IMG/VR virus record: IMGVR_UViG_3300032240_001498
Location: 1 to 64,000 of that record
DNA: 64,000 nt
Strand: one strand, 5' to 3'
Origin: a virus
Lineage: Duplodnaviria; Caudoviricetes
Part shown: in pieces, positions 26,461 through 35,965 of the stretch
Layout of the letters: each line of letters begins with the position of its first letter
How positions within the stretch are numbered: the first letter of the stretch is position 1
The notes under the pieces: model-generated
Database searches by the model: none
What the model was told of the DNA's origin: nothing
Seen by the model: the letters and a program-made list of their open reading frames with translations, nothing else
Made by a program: the position numbers and the translations under genes

Positions 26461-26912
26461 TAGATATGCACATCTTCCATTCCGGCTGTTCTAAGTTTGA
26501 TAATGTTAGAAACTTGCCATTGTTTAATATCAAGGCCCTTAATAATTCCTAACCATTGATTACGCAACAATGCAAATTCGTTGATAATCTTTTCTAGGTC
26601 AACTACGTCGGCCTCACCGTCAACATACTTTTCGCAGTCTCTGCTACTCAAAGCTCGTTGATAATTTTCAAGATACTTCTTAAACGCCTTACTACGAGTA
26701 CGTCTAAGTTCAATATTTAGATATTCCAACACAGCTTCAATTTCTTGAAGCTGGTTGAAACGTTGTTCAACAATGCCAGGAAGTGCGGCACTGGATTTCT
26801 CAAGATTTCCATATACCTTAACTTCCTTCCTAGCCTCGTCTAATTGAGAATAAAAATACTCAATACAATCGGGCAAGTGAGAAATATCTCGACTAACCTT
26901 ACTGTACCACAT
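26460..26912 (-). CDS. uvsY: recombination mediator UvsY-like protein
   Basis: ALSSRDCEKYVDGE...RNQWLGIIKGLDIKQWQVSNIIKLRTAGMED. Confidence 0.85.
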   Translation of the reverse strand: MWYSKVSRDISHLPDCIEYFYSQLDEARKEVKVYGNLEKSSAALPGIVEQRFNQLQEIEAVLEYLNIELRRTRSKAFKKYLENYQRALSSRDCEKYVDGEADVVDLEKIINEFALLRNQWLGIIKGLDIKQWQVSNIIKLRTAGMEDVHI

Positions 26913-27166
26913 TAATATTCCTCGTCTTCGTAACCCATATTATCTTCGTCATATGGCTCGTCATCGTCCACTCCTTCTTCTTCTATCACTAATTTGATAG
27001 CGTCATCGAGGTGGGGATCGTAGCCAGTATAACCCGACAATGTTTCAGCACTAACATCGTTGCCTAGCAAAAAATCAACGTATTGATTAGCCGCCATTTC
27101 ACGATTCTTTTCTGGAATGTATTCACGGAATATATCCCAAAGGGTAATAATTAGATTCTCATCCAT
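26912..27166 (-). CDS. conserved hypothetical acidic protein
   Basis: Coupled between uvsX and uvsY. Confidence 0.75.
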   Translation of the reverse strand: MDENLIITLWDIFREYIPEKNREMAANQYVDFLLGNDVSAETLSGYTGYDPHLDDAIKLVIEEEGVDDDEPYDEDNMGYEDEEY

Positions 27167-28230
27167 TATGCTTCTTCTTCCTCAGTAGTAGTTTCTGTTG
27201 TAGTTAAAGATTCTGCCGCCTTGGCATCCCACTCGTTCATAATAACATGTAGTTTATCTTCAGTCCAATTCTTACGGAACTCTGCAACAATCTCACCAGT
27301 TTCTTTGCTGGTGTATGCTAATTTATTCCCGACTTTAGATAATACACCCATTTTCTCAAACATGTCAACCAAACCGCTTGTGGGGCTCATACCAGTTGAA
27401 TATGGAATCTCAACTTGAACACTTTCAAAAGGTTTAGCATAACGTGTCTTCATGATCTTACATGCTGAACGGATACCTAATACGTCAGACACTTTGTTAC
27501 CATCTGCGTCAGTTTTCAGTTTGAGTTTCTTCATAGCAACAACAATACTTGATGCGTAAACGAAACCTTGACCACCTGAAATCTTGTCATCTGGATCAAA
27601 CATATCTTGACTTGCGTAAGTGTGATTTGTACAAACCATACCTACGTTGTAACTACCAAACATGTTTACACAGTTACGAACAAGTGATGTAAGTGCTTTA
27701 GGTTTACGGCCCATATCACCTTTCATTTCACCTGCTTCAAACTGATTAACGTCTGTTGGAGTAAGCAACATACCTAGCGAGTCAATAACAAACATGACCT
27801 TGGGACGTTCGTCTTCGGGCATTGTCTTGTACTCTTTCATGAATTCTGAAATGGTTTTTGCCACATCATCGATCATTGCCATGTTAAGTTTTAGCAACTT
27901 TTCATCGCTAATATCAACACCTAAGTCCAACAACCACTGCTTGTCCAAGGCATTTTCGCTGTCAATTAATACAACATAAATGCCTTGTTCTTGTGCCGCT
28001 TTAATAATGTTACCTGAACAGATATACGATTTACCTGCTCCTGATTCACCCGCAAATACCGTTACTTTGCCTAGTGGAACTCCTTTAAAGAAGTCACCGG
28101 AAATAAGGTAGTTGAGTGCGTAATTGCCCGTTGAGATCCAATCTGTTGGATCATTGAAGCCTATACCAAGTCCGTCGATTGACTTGGTGATAGACTTACG
28201 GAACTTCGAAATATCGAAGGCTTTTCCCAT
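27166..28230 (-). CDS. uvsX: RecA/UvsX recombinase
   Basis: GESGAGKS, LIDSENA, FVIDSLGML, ISGGQG..YASS. Confidence 0.95.
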   Translation of the reverse strand: MGKAFDISKFRKSITKSIDGLGIGFNDPTDWISTGNYALNYLISGDFFKGVPLGKVTVFAGESGAGKSYICSGNIIKAAQEQGIYVVLIDSENALDKQWLLDLGVDISDEKLLKLNMAMIDDVAKTISEFMKEYKTMPEDERPKVMFVIDSLGMLLTPTDVNQFEAGEMKGDMGRKPKALTSLVRNCVNMFGSYNVGMVCTNHTYASQDMFDPDDKISGGQGFVYASSIVVAMKKLKLKTDADGNKVSDVLGIRSACKIMKTRYAKPFESVQVEIPYSTGMSPTSGLVDMFEKMGVLSKVGNKLAYTSKETGEIVAEFRKNWTEDKLHVIMNEWDAKAAESLTTTETTTEEEEA

Positions 28231-28244
28231 AGTCTATCTCCCTA

Positions 28245-29255
28245 TTACTTCTGACGATTGCGAATCATTGCAAGAATGTCTTGCGCTCTTGCACTTGCTT
28301 CACTGCCGCTCGACGCTGGTGTAGCTTTCTCTGCCACAGGAGCCTCTTCAGCAACTTTAACTGCGGGTGCTGATGCCGCACTCTCAAAAGGGACATCGTC
28401 TTCATCCACTGATTTAGCCGCTGGTGCCGCCGCTTTGGTATTGCTACCAGTTGCAGAACCACTACCGCCCATACCTGCTGGCTTGAAGTATTGACCCCAA
28501 CGTTCCATGTCAAATGCTTCACCGTCGACTGACGCTTCAAACATTTCTTTCATGACCTTGAGTTCAACTTCGCCTGGCTTTTTAGGTAGGAAGTCTTTGA
28601 GATTAAACAAACCATGCTCTTTAATAGCCGCTTGTTCTGCATCATCTAATGCACGTTCACGACGAGCATACTTAGATGTAGAGTAGTCAGCGTAACCACC
28701 TTTTGATGTCTTGGTGATTTTAAAGTCAACACCACGTAGGATGTCTGTTGGCAAGTCTTCCATATCTGGATCCATCAGTGCCGCTTTAACAATGTTAAAG
28801 ATCTGGCTACCGATAATGAATCTACGGATTGGATTTTCGGGAGTCTTGTCTTCCTTCAGTGGGCTATCAACTACGAAGCCTTGGAACAAGTAACTGCGCT
28901 TCTTCCAATACTTACGACCCATATCTTCCAAACTCTTGTCCTTAAACCAAGGGCGAACCTCAGTAAGAATTGGACAGGTCTCGCCCCACATTTCCATGCA
29001 AGGTACTTGAACTGTTACAGGTTTAGAATTTGTTTCTCCCTTTACACCTGCAAACGGCAATTTGATCATTGCACGTTCGATCCAGAAGAAGGTGTTGTCG
29101 CCATCAGCGTCTGGTAAGAAACGGATGACTGCTTCTGAATTTTCTGGGATATTCCAATGTGGGTAAATTGCGTTGTCGCCACCACCAGTCGATTGACCAC
29201 TTGATTTTTGTTGCGCTTCTTGAAGTTTAGCGCGGATTTCTGCTAACGTTGCCAT
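28245..29255 (-). CDS. single-stranded DNA-binding protein (T4 gp32-like)
   Basis: AVIRFLPD, CPIL, YWKKRSY, GVDFKI.KTSKGGYADYSTS; acidic low-complexity tail. Confidence 0.92.
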   Translation of the reverse strand: MATLAEIRAKLQEAQQKSSGQSTGGGDNAIYPHWNIPENSEAVIRFLPDADGDNTFFWIERAMIKLPFAGVKGETNSKPVTVQVPCMEMWGETCPILTEVRPWFKDKSLEDMGRKYWKKRSYLFQGFVVDSPLKEDKTPENPIRRFIIGSQIFNIVKAALMDPDMEDLPTDILRGVDFKITKTSKGGYADYSTSKYARRERALDDAEQAAIKEHGLFNLKDFLPKKPGEVELKVMKEMFEASVDGEAFDMERWGQYFKPAGMGGSGSATGSNTKAAAPAAKSVDEDDVPFESAASAPAVKVAEEAPVAEKATPASSGSEASARAQDILAMIRNRQK

Positions 29256-29334
29256 AATGTTTTTCCTTAATGTTTATTTTATGTGCCATTCTTTTAAAGC
29301 CAACTGACTAAAAAAGAAAAAGTGCATACATGTT

Positions 29335-29363
29335 ATTGTACGCACTTTTATTTATCATGTCAA
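29335..29363 (-). promoter_or_regulatory. nested sigma70 and late promoter of gp32
   Basis: Minus strand TTGACA, 17 nt, TACAAT, with TAAATA (29349-29354) inside the spacer. Confidence 0.75.
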
Positions 29364-29399
29364 GCATCACTTGACTGGAAATTCGGTTATTTTAGCCAA

Positions 29400-31643
29400 T
29401 TAATTTTTATTAAACAGGTCTGGTCTTTCTTTCTTTAGTTGATCTAGCTTCTTTTTGGCGACTTCATTATTATCTGGATTATTCTGTTTTCCCATTTTCG
29501 GATCGCCTTTCCTGCGACCCGGTTGAATTCCAAATGCCTCGTCTGTTGATGTAGGATTCTTAACATGTTTTAACGGATCAAACGAATCTTTACCTTCGTC
29601 ATACTTGTTATATTTGGCCTTGATTGGTTCTAAGTCTTTACCTTTCTTACCTGCATCAGCTAATTTTTTCATGCCTTCTTTACCATACTTCATCATGCCT
29701 TTAGCGGCTTTACTCATTGTTTTCTTTTCAGCTTCAACTAATGGAGGTAGACCTGCAAGTCTGCGCATTGTTTCCATTTGGTTCTTAGCTTCAAACTTGT
29801 CTTGTAAATGATGCACTAACTTCTCAGCAAGTTCACCTGCGTAGTCACCGTGCTCTTTGGCAACTTGGATACCAACTGCTGTAGCGCCTAATGGGCATCC
29901 ACCAGTCTCGCGATCGATATGACTTAGTACTTTTTCAGCAATTTCTTTGATTGGTAAAATACTAGACTGACCGTTTGGCATTTCATTTTCTTCTTCCATA
30001 TCAACGCCACCTGTATCTGCGCCTGGTTTGATAGATCCACCTTTGGCCTGCATACGTAGCTTTTGTAAGAAACTTGCATCATCATCTTCTTCATCACTGT
30101 CAGTTGGAGCAGTCATTGGAGGAGCTTCTTTGCGTAGACTTGGATCGATTGTAGGGCGAATTGATTGGCCTGTTATACGATTCCATTCTGTTTCTGCAAA
30201 CTCTGGATCCATACCGTGCCCAACTAATAGTGCATCAAAATCTTGTTGCAATTTTTCGTCTGGCTTAACTTCACCGCTTCTAATTTTATCACGAAGTGCT
30301 TGTACTTTAGTATAGATTTCTCTACCATTTGGACCTAGGTCTTGATAAGCACCTTCGTTCATACCTAATTCTTTTTTACGTTTAGCTAATCCTGCCTTAC
30401 TACTTAGATTACGTTCGTCATCTTTTTCTAAATCTTTATGAGTAGTTCTCCAGCTATCATCCTTGCCATCAGATTTTTGTTTGCGCAGATATGCAGGAAC
30501 ATCAACTTTCTTTGGACCCTCTACGATTTCATTTGCCCATTCTTCAAATGCTTCCATTCCTTCTTTAGGATGATCATGATCATCGCATTCGCAGTCGTCA
30601 ACTGGTTTACCGCAGTCGTCACACGTTTCTTCTTTGTCTTCACCGACATAGTCAGCTAAGTCTAGTTCGCCTGCTTCTTGCATGATACTGTAAAGCAACG
30701 GAAAGTATTGTGTTAGGTCTTCTTTGAAACTGCTTATTGTAAATTTAGATTTATAATCTTCTAGTGTTGCTTGATCTAGTTCTGACTGTTCTGCAAGGTC
30801 TGCGTTTTCTAAACCTTCTCTCCACTCTGTGTAATAAGTTTGCTTAGATAAATTTTCAATAGTTGATCTTAATTCAGATAGCTTTGTACTTGCACGATCG
30901 ACAATACCAACAGCTTCTTGTGTTAGTTGTTCTGACTGACCAACTTGACGTTTGAATGTACTCAATGCCTTGATCTGCTCGCTCATCTTGATAATTGACT
31001 GGCCAGCTTGATCGTATGTTGCGCCACCGTTGGCCACGTGACGTTGCATGGCCTTTGCACCAGCCATGTGTACCATAGGATACTTAAAGCGTTCGCCGGC
31101 TTCGTTTTGAATAAAAATTGATTGAATATTATTGCTACGGCTACGAGCACCTCGGTCTTCACCAACTTTGTTGTTGTGGCGAATAATTAGTAAGGTCTTG
31201 TCTAGTGGGCGGTAACTGCTCTTTGAGCTACCGTACATTGTTGATTCTGTCATGTTGTCTTCCTTGGATCCGTTTTGTGCAAGATATTGAAAATCATTTT
31301 TTTCTAAATTGCCCTTAGTGATGTCTCTTGGGTCAAAACGTAGTAGTCTACGCATTGCGAATTGTCTCATTTCTTTTAAGAAATCAAACCAAAATTGTTG
31401 GGTGATAGGGTCACGCTCTTCAACTATTCCTTGACTGTAAAATAATTTTAAATTACCTAAGTCGTTAATGCTAACGCTGATACGTCCCAGGTTATTTCCT
31501 TCTACAACAAAGTCAAAGTCGAAAAATCGTGCTTCTGTAGGATCAACTGTGACTGCACCGCTTTCGTCGCCCATTTGTAGGTTAGAAAAGCGACTGCGTA
31601 CTTTGTCAAATAAATCCTGTGAAATTAGTTCTATAGCATTCAT
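29400..31643 (-). CDS. large hypothetical protein, likely head-internal
   Basis: Late promoter; modular acidic and basic segments. Confidence 0.75.
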   Translation of the reverse strand: MNAIELISQDLFDKVRSRFSNLQMGDESGAVTVDPTEARFFDFDFVVEGNNLGRISVSINDLGNLKLFYSQGIVEERDPITQQFWFDFLKEMRQFAMRRLLRFDPRDITKGNLEKNDFQYLAQNGSKEDNMTESTMYGSSKSSYRPLDKTLLIIRHNNKVGEDRGARSRSNNIQSIFIQNEAGERFKYPMVHMAGAKAMQRHVANGGATYDQAGQSIIKMSEQIKALSTFKRQVGQSEQLTQEAVGIVDRASTKLSELRSTIENLSKQTYYTEWREGLENADLAEQSELDQATLEDYKSKFTISSFKEDLTQYFPLLYSIMQEAGELDLADYVGEDKEETCDDCGKPVDDCECDDHDHPKEGMEAFEEWANEIVEGPKKVDVPAYLRKQKSDGKDDSWRTTHKDLEKDDERNLSSKAGLAKRKKELGMNEGAYQDLGPNGREIYTKVQALRDKIRSGEVKPDEKLQQDFDALLVGHGMDPEFAETEWNRITGQSIRPTIDPSLRKEAPPMTAPTDSDEEDDDASFLQKLRMQAKGGSIKPGADTGGVDMEEENEMPNGQSSILPIKEIAEKVLSHIDRETGGCPLGATAVGIQVAKEHGDYAGELAEKLVHHLQDKFEAKNQMETMRRLAGLPPLVEAEKKTMSKAAKGMMKYGKEGMKKLADAGKKGKDLEPIKAKYNKYDEGKDSFDPLKHVKNPTSTDEAFGIQPGRRKGDPKMGKQNNPDNNEVAKKKLDQLKKERPDLFNKN

Positions 31644-31654
31644 GTGTGTATTTA

Positions 31655-33247
31655 TTAAAAACTGGTACTTACGTATATCGGCAATGGAAGCTCCATTTCG
31701 TTGTTTACATAGTCGTGCATGGTATCGTAGACCGCAGGATCCCAGTCTTGTAACTGCATGATCATGCGTAGATTTACCAGCATAGACGCCACTAGATCGT
31801 CTGGCTCTTCGTTTTTACCTGCAAAACTTGTACCTGTAGCAATGTATGTTTTTAGCTGACTGATAAATGCCTGCGAGTTAATAGTCATCTTTTTCGTTTC
31901 GATTAGATGTTTTAGTTTGGCGCAGGTAGCAATCTTGGCTTTTTCTGTGGTATTGTAACCCTTACGATAGCGTCTAGTATTGCCCTTTTTAATAGGCTCG
32001 CTTAAGAACATGCCTGGGAACGTTTCTTCGCCTAGCTCGTTGATGGCTACTAGAGCACCTTCACCTAGTGTATTATTTTCTACTGAATAGTATATGGTAC
32101 TTTGTACGCCTTTTTCGATACAGGCATCATCAATAAATCTACACATGTCTCGTAGGATTTTAACTTGACTTTGTACAGGTGTAAGATTGTGGTGCCATTC
32201 TCCTACTTGTATTAGACTTGGTAATTCTGTTACTTCAATGGCCGCATAATTGCCGCCTGTGCCTAGTGCAGGATCTAGACTTAGGATATACGTGGATTTA
32301 GGATCAATCTTTTTGTACCAACGTGCTTGACCCATTTTCATAGTTGGCTCGTTTCCTACCATAGCCGCTAGGTGAATACTGTTGATCAGCGTTTCGTCGT
32401 ATACTAGAAACTCGCAACCGTATTCTCGACGGAAGCGTTCTTCACCGATACGCCCTCTTTCTACATCGGCCCATGCGTCATCGCGATCCGGGTGATCTGA
32501 CCAGTGGCTTGTATATGCATGGAATCCGTTAACACCTAGATTGTCTTCTTTTTGGTTTCCAAACTCATCTTCAGTTTTGATAGCACCAAACCATATTTCA
32601 GCAAACTGATCTTCGTCTGAGTTAGGAGTTGAAGTGATAATTGCTTTACCACCAGTTGCCAGTGTAGGAGATATCGAAGTCCAGAATTCTTTACCAATAT
32701 TATCAGGAACGAAGGCAAACTCGTCACAGTATAAGAGTGATATAGACATACCACGACCTGTGTTTTCTGTAGTTGTCTGCGCTACGATACGTGAGTCATT
32801 GTCAAACTCGATTGACTGTTTATTATAACTTTTAACACCACAGCGAATATGATTAGGGCAAGTTTCATATGCATAGCGTAGGCGTTGCATAATTTCTTGT
32901 GCGCCAGTGTACTTGTGTGCGGCGATAAGAATAGTAACGTTGGGATTAAACATAGCATACCAGAGCAAGTACCCCACTGCTGTAGTTGTTTTACCACTTT
33001 GTCGTGGTAGCATGTTTACGTTAAATCTATACTCGTGTAGGCTATCTACAAGACGATCTTGATACTCATATGCTTCGTATTGTATTTGCCCACGAGTTGG
33101 GTGCTGGATATAGAAGAACTTTTTAAGGAAATATTTGTGACCAGTATCAAGGTCTGAACACAACCGCAAATCAACAATATCCTGCTCTGAATATTTCAAA
33201 GTCTTATTGGCTGTTTTGATTAGGTTGTTACTATTGGATAAACTCAT
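31655..33247 (-). CDS. terL: terminase large subunit (T4 gp17-like)
   Basis: PRQSGKTT, LLYCDEFAF, TSTPN, LSLDPALG, DDLV. Confidence 0.96.
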   Translation of the reverse strand: MSLSNSNNLIKTANKTLKYSEQDIVDLRLCSDLDTGHKYFLKKFFYIQHPTRGQIQYEAYEYQDRLVDSLHEYRFNVNMLPRQSGKTTTAVGYLLWYAMFNPNVTILIAAHKYTGAQEIMQRLRYAYETCPNHIRCGVKSYNKQSIEFDNDSRIVAQTTTENTGRGMSISLLYCDEFAFVPDNIGKEFWTSISPTLATGGKAIITSTPNSDEDQFAEIWFGAIKTEDEFGNQKEDNLGVNGFHAYTSHWSDHPDRDDAWADVERGRIGEERFRREYGCEFLVYDETLINSIHLAAMVGNEPTMKMGQARWYKKIDPKSTYILSLDPALGTGGNYAAIEVTELPSLIQVGEWHHNLTPVQSQVKILRDMCRFIDDACIEKGVQSTIYYSVENNTLGEGALVAINELGEETFPGMFLSEPIKKGNTRRYRKGYNTTEKAKIATCAKLKHLIETKKMTINSQAFISQLKTYIATGTSFAGKNEEPDDLVASMLVNLRMIMQLQDWDPAVYDTMHDYVNNEMELPLPIYVSTSF

Positions 33248-33261
33248 ACGTTTATTTACTG

Positions 33262-33289
33262 AAAAAAATAGGCTCCGAAGAGCCTATTT
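33262..33289 (-). terminator. intrinsic terminator with cUUCGg loop
   Basis: Minus strand AAATAGGCTC-TTCG-GAGCCTATTT-TTTT. Confidence 0.9.
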
Positions 33290-33304
33290 GGTAAGTTACT
33301 GTTT

Positions 33305-34048
33305 TTAGATATTCTTAATAAAGCCTTGATATTCTTGGAATAGCTTCTGTGTCATGTCTACTAATGTATCTTCTTGTACAGGAGCCTCTTCGTGAGCCAC
33401 TGCTTCTGGTAAGTTGTTGTTAGCTGGAGTAGATGTGTAATCAAAATTGCGTACTTTGTTTAAGATGTTTGCAAAATCGTTTGGATTGTAATCTCTAGTT
33501 TGTTCTTGTGGACTGTTATCAAATTGACGTAAACTTTCTAAGCCTAATTCATCTTTGCTTGTGCCTGATAATTGGTCAGCCATGTCAGTTACTTCATCGG
33601 CCATTTGACCAACGTCTTGTGTGCCGCCTGGACCTGCTGTGCCTAATTCTGCGCCAGTGTCGCCCATGTCCATACCTTCGTCATCCATGCCTGCGATTGC
33701 ATCAATAGCAGATCTCATGTCGCCGTCAGTATCTTGGCCAGGTGCACCAGTTAGTGGATGCTCTTGTGGATTGATATCCTTTGGACCAACTTCCTTCATA
33801 CCCGCTAGGTTTAGGATGTCGCGTAGCATTGTGCTAACTTCGTTACCGTTTGCGGCAGAAGCATTAATGCTAAAACTTGCAGGAACCGACGGAGCCGATG
33901 TAGGAGCCATAATTGGCATACCAGCTTCGGCAGCGATAGATTCTGTAATGACCGCAACTGTTGGATCATTGGCCATTTGAACCATTGGCTTTGGTGAGTT
34001 GGCCTCATCTAGTTCAGCTAACTTTTTTAGTACGTCGATCATTTGCAT
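33305..34048 (-). CDS. acidic hypothetical protein (possible scaffold or internal protein)
   Basis: D/E/M-rich; start moved to MQMIDVLKKLAELDE. Confidence 0.7.
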   Translation of the reverse strand: MQMIDVLKKLAELDEANSPKPMVQMANDPTVAVITESIAAEAGMPIMAPTSAPSVPASFSINASAANGNEVSTMLRDILNLAGMKEVGPKDINPQEHPLTGAPGQDTDGDMRSAIDAIAGMDDEGMDMGDTGAELGTAGPGGTQDVGQMADEVTDMADQLSGTSKDELGLESLRQFDNSPQEQTRDYNPNDFANILNKVRNFDYTSTPANNNLPEAVAHEEAPVQEDTLVDMTQKLFQEYQGFIKNI

Positions 34049-34049
34049 G

Positions 34050-34637
34050 TTATTTCTTCCTTGGATCATAGTCCGTTTCTTGGATTGGACTTGTGTTATT
34101 TTGAGGAACGTCGTTAGTTGTTTTCCCGTCTACTGAACTTGGAATAACTTCGCCTCTTTCTTTACGCATGGCCTTAAGGTCATCGTTCAATGTCTTTACA
34201 AGACTTGTATTGTATTCAGTGCCATAGTATGACTTGGTGTCTATTTTTGCCACTTCTGTATAATCTGGATCTTGTAGTAATGCGCCTTCACGCTTGTCAT
34301 GTGGTGCCTGGTACGCTTCTGTCGGCTCACCTGGTTTACGGACAACAACATAGTCGGGTCCTTTTTCAATACCAGCTGAAATATATTCGTGTAGTTCATA
34401 CGATGTAGTTGGATACTCTAACGCAACTTCGTATACTGTAACTTGTGAATTACGAATCTTTGGAAAATCTAGCGGTAAAGATTGAATTGGTGATGTGCCT
34501 GTTTTTTTGAAACTTGATACAACAAAGCGTTCTAGCATTTGCTTTAATTTGTCTTCGCCAGCAAACTCTCCTGCGATCTTAATTTTAAAATCGTAGAGCT
34601 TTTTGCTTTCGCTAAGGTATTCTTTAAATGTTTTCAT
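34050..34637 (-). CDS. hypothetical protein with capsid-targeting-like N-terminus
   Basis: MKTFKEYLSE resembles the T4 internal-protein CTS MKTYQEFIAE. Confidence 0.7.
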   Translation of the reverse strand: MKTFKEYLSESKKLYDFKIKIAGEFAGEDKLKQMLERFVVSSFKKTGTSPIQSLPLDFPKIRNSQVTVYEVALEYPTTSYELHEYISAGIEKGPDYVVVRKPGEPTEAYQAPHDKREGALLQDPDYTEVAKIDTKSYYGTEYNTSLVKTLNDDLKAMRKERGEVIPSSVDGKTTNDVPQNNTSPIQETDYDPRKK

Positions 34638-34653
34638 AGTTTATTCCTACCCT

Positions 34654-35136
34654 TTATTTATCCATGTTTTTAAGTTTTGCTATGAGACTGTTACGGTCAG
34701 CAATCACATAACCTTCACCTGCAACCACGCTATTTCCGTCATTAGGGTTATCTTTTTTGTCAATTGCCAGCTTTTTAAGCTGTAATTCCACCATTTTTAG
34801 CTTCTTATCAATCTTTGCTGACTTAGCTGTAATAGCGGCGGTAAGCATATTGCCCGCAACTTCAAACATTCGAGTACTATAACGGGCTTCTACATTCATA
34901 CCTAAATCATATATGTCATCAAATGCTTCTTCTGCTTTTTTAGCCAGTGCATCTAGCTCACTGTCACTGATATCGCCCAGGCCCTTGACCTGCGGAAGGG
35001 CCGCTGAGATTTTGTCAAATTCGTCTAGAGTAGCTTGTAGATTCACATGAGCAGGAGGGCTTGCTACTGGAGGTAACTCTACAGGCTTTTCGTCTGCAGG
35101 AGCAATGTTTAATAATTCTTCAAGTTTCTTAGTCAT
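34654..35136 (-). CDS. probable terminase small subunit (gp16-like)
   Basis: AFDDIYDLG..VEARYSTRMFEVAGNML helical pattern; near terL. Confidence 0.55.
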   Translation of the reverse strand: MTKKLEELLNIAPADEKPVELPPVASPPAHVNLQATLDEFDKISAALPQVKGLGDISDSELDALAKKAEEAFDDIYDLGMNVEARYSTRMFEVAGNMLTAAITAKSAKIDKKLKMVELQLKKLAIDKKDNPNDGNSVVAGEGYVIADRNSLIAKLKNMDK

Positions 35137-35149
35137 AACATTACTTATT

Positions 35150-35587
35150 TTATTTCTTCCCAGTATGGAAAATATCGTTCTCGTTTAAGACCCTAAATTT
35201 CATGCCTCTAGATTTGGCCCACTGCGTTGCTACCTGCCATTTGGCTTGATTCTTTACAAACTGCGCTTGGTTATAGGGATTTTTTCCAACTTTTTCAAGT
35301 ATTTGCTGATTGGCTGGTTTTATTTCCCATAGCTCAATGTGCTTCTTTTCCTGCTTGTCTTCAAACATTACTAGGAAGTCAGGAACATATACAGTCTGCT
35401 TGCCAGTAAGCGGATCTCTGTAGGGAATTCTAACAGGTTCGCTGGCCCACTGTTGTATAGCTGGATTATTATCACACATACGCATGACTGCAATTTCCCA
35501 ACTACTGCGGTAGATGGGCACAGTTGAGCCTATGTATTTTTCAGGGTTTTTTAAATTGTATTGACCCTTGGCAAACTTTAAACTCAA
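35150..35587 (-). CDS. head completion nuclease (T4 gp4 / TnsA-like)
   Basis: KYIG...IYRSSWE...WASE...IPY...YVPDF...EIKP...N.AKW. Confidence 0.9.
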   Translation of the reverse strand: MSLKFAKGQYNLKNPEKYIGSTVPIYRSSWEIAVMRMCDNNPAIQQWASEPVRIPYRDPLTGKQTVYVPDFLVMFEDKQEKKHIELWEIKPANQQILEKVGKNPYNQAQFVKNQAKWQVATQWAKSRGMKFRVLNENDIFHTGKK

Positions 35588-35964
35588 GATAGGATCTCTC
35601 TAGTAACTGACGGAGTAGTTCCGTAGGCCGCACTCTGACCAAGGAAGCTGGTTTTAAATCTATTAAAATTTAAAATTTCTGTAACCAGTGCGTTTAGTTG
35701 TATACCATCTAATCCTTGAATGTTTTCTAGAACCTGCATGGGATTGTAATCATCAATAGATGCTTGATACAAAATAACATAGGCAATGGTATCTGATGCA
35801 ACATCACTAAATCCATTGCTACCAAAAAATCCTTTTAATGCATCATATACTCCTGCATTGATGGGAAGATTTACATTATAAAAATTATTGATAATATTTT
35901 TAGTAGCAGATGCGCTATCTCCATTTGCAACATCTATTTGCGGAATGTTTGTATATATTTTCAT
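35584..35964 (-). CDS. hypothetical protein
   Basis: Coupled on both sides within the structural operon. Confidence 0.75.
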   Translation of the reverse strand: MKIYTNIPQIDVANGDSASATKNIINNFYNVNLPINAGVYDALKGFFGSNGFSDVASDTIAYVILYQASIDDYNPMQVLENIQGLDGIQLNALVTEILNFNRFKTSFLGQSAAYGTTPSVTREILS

Positions 35965-35965
35965 A

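Noticed and set aside
16851-33247. Inteins or introns in helicase, recombinase or terminase
   Set aside because: Protein lengths are normal and motifs contiguous
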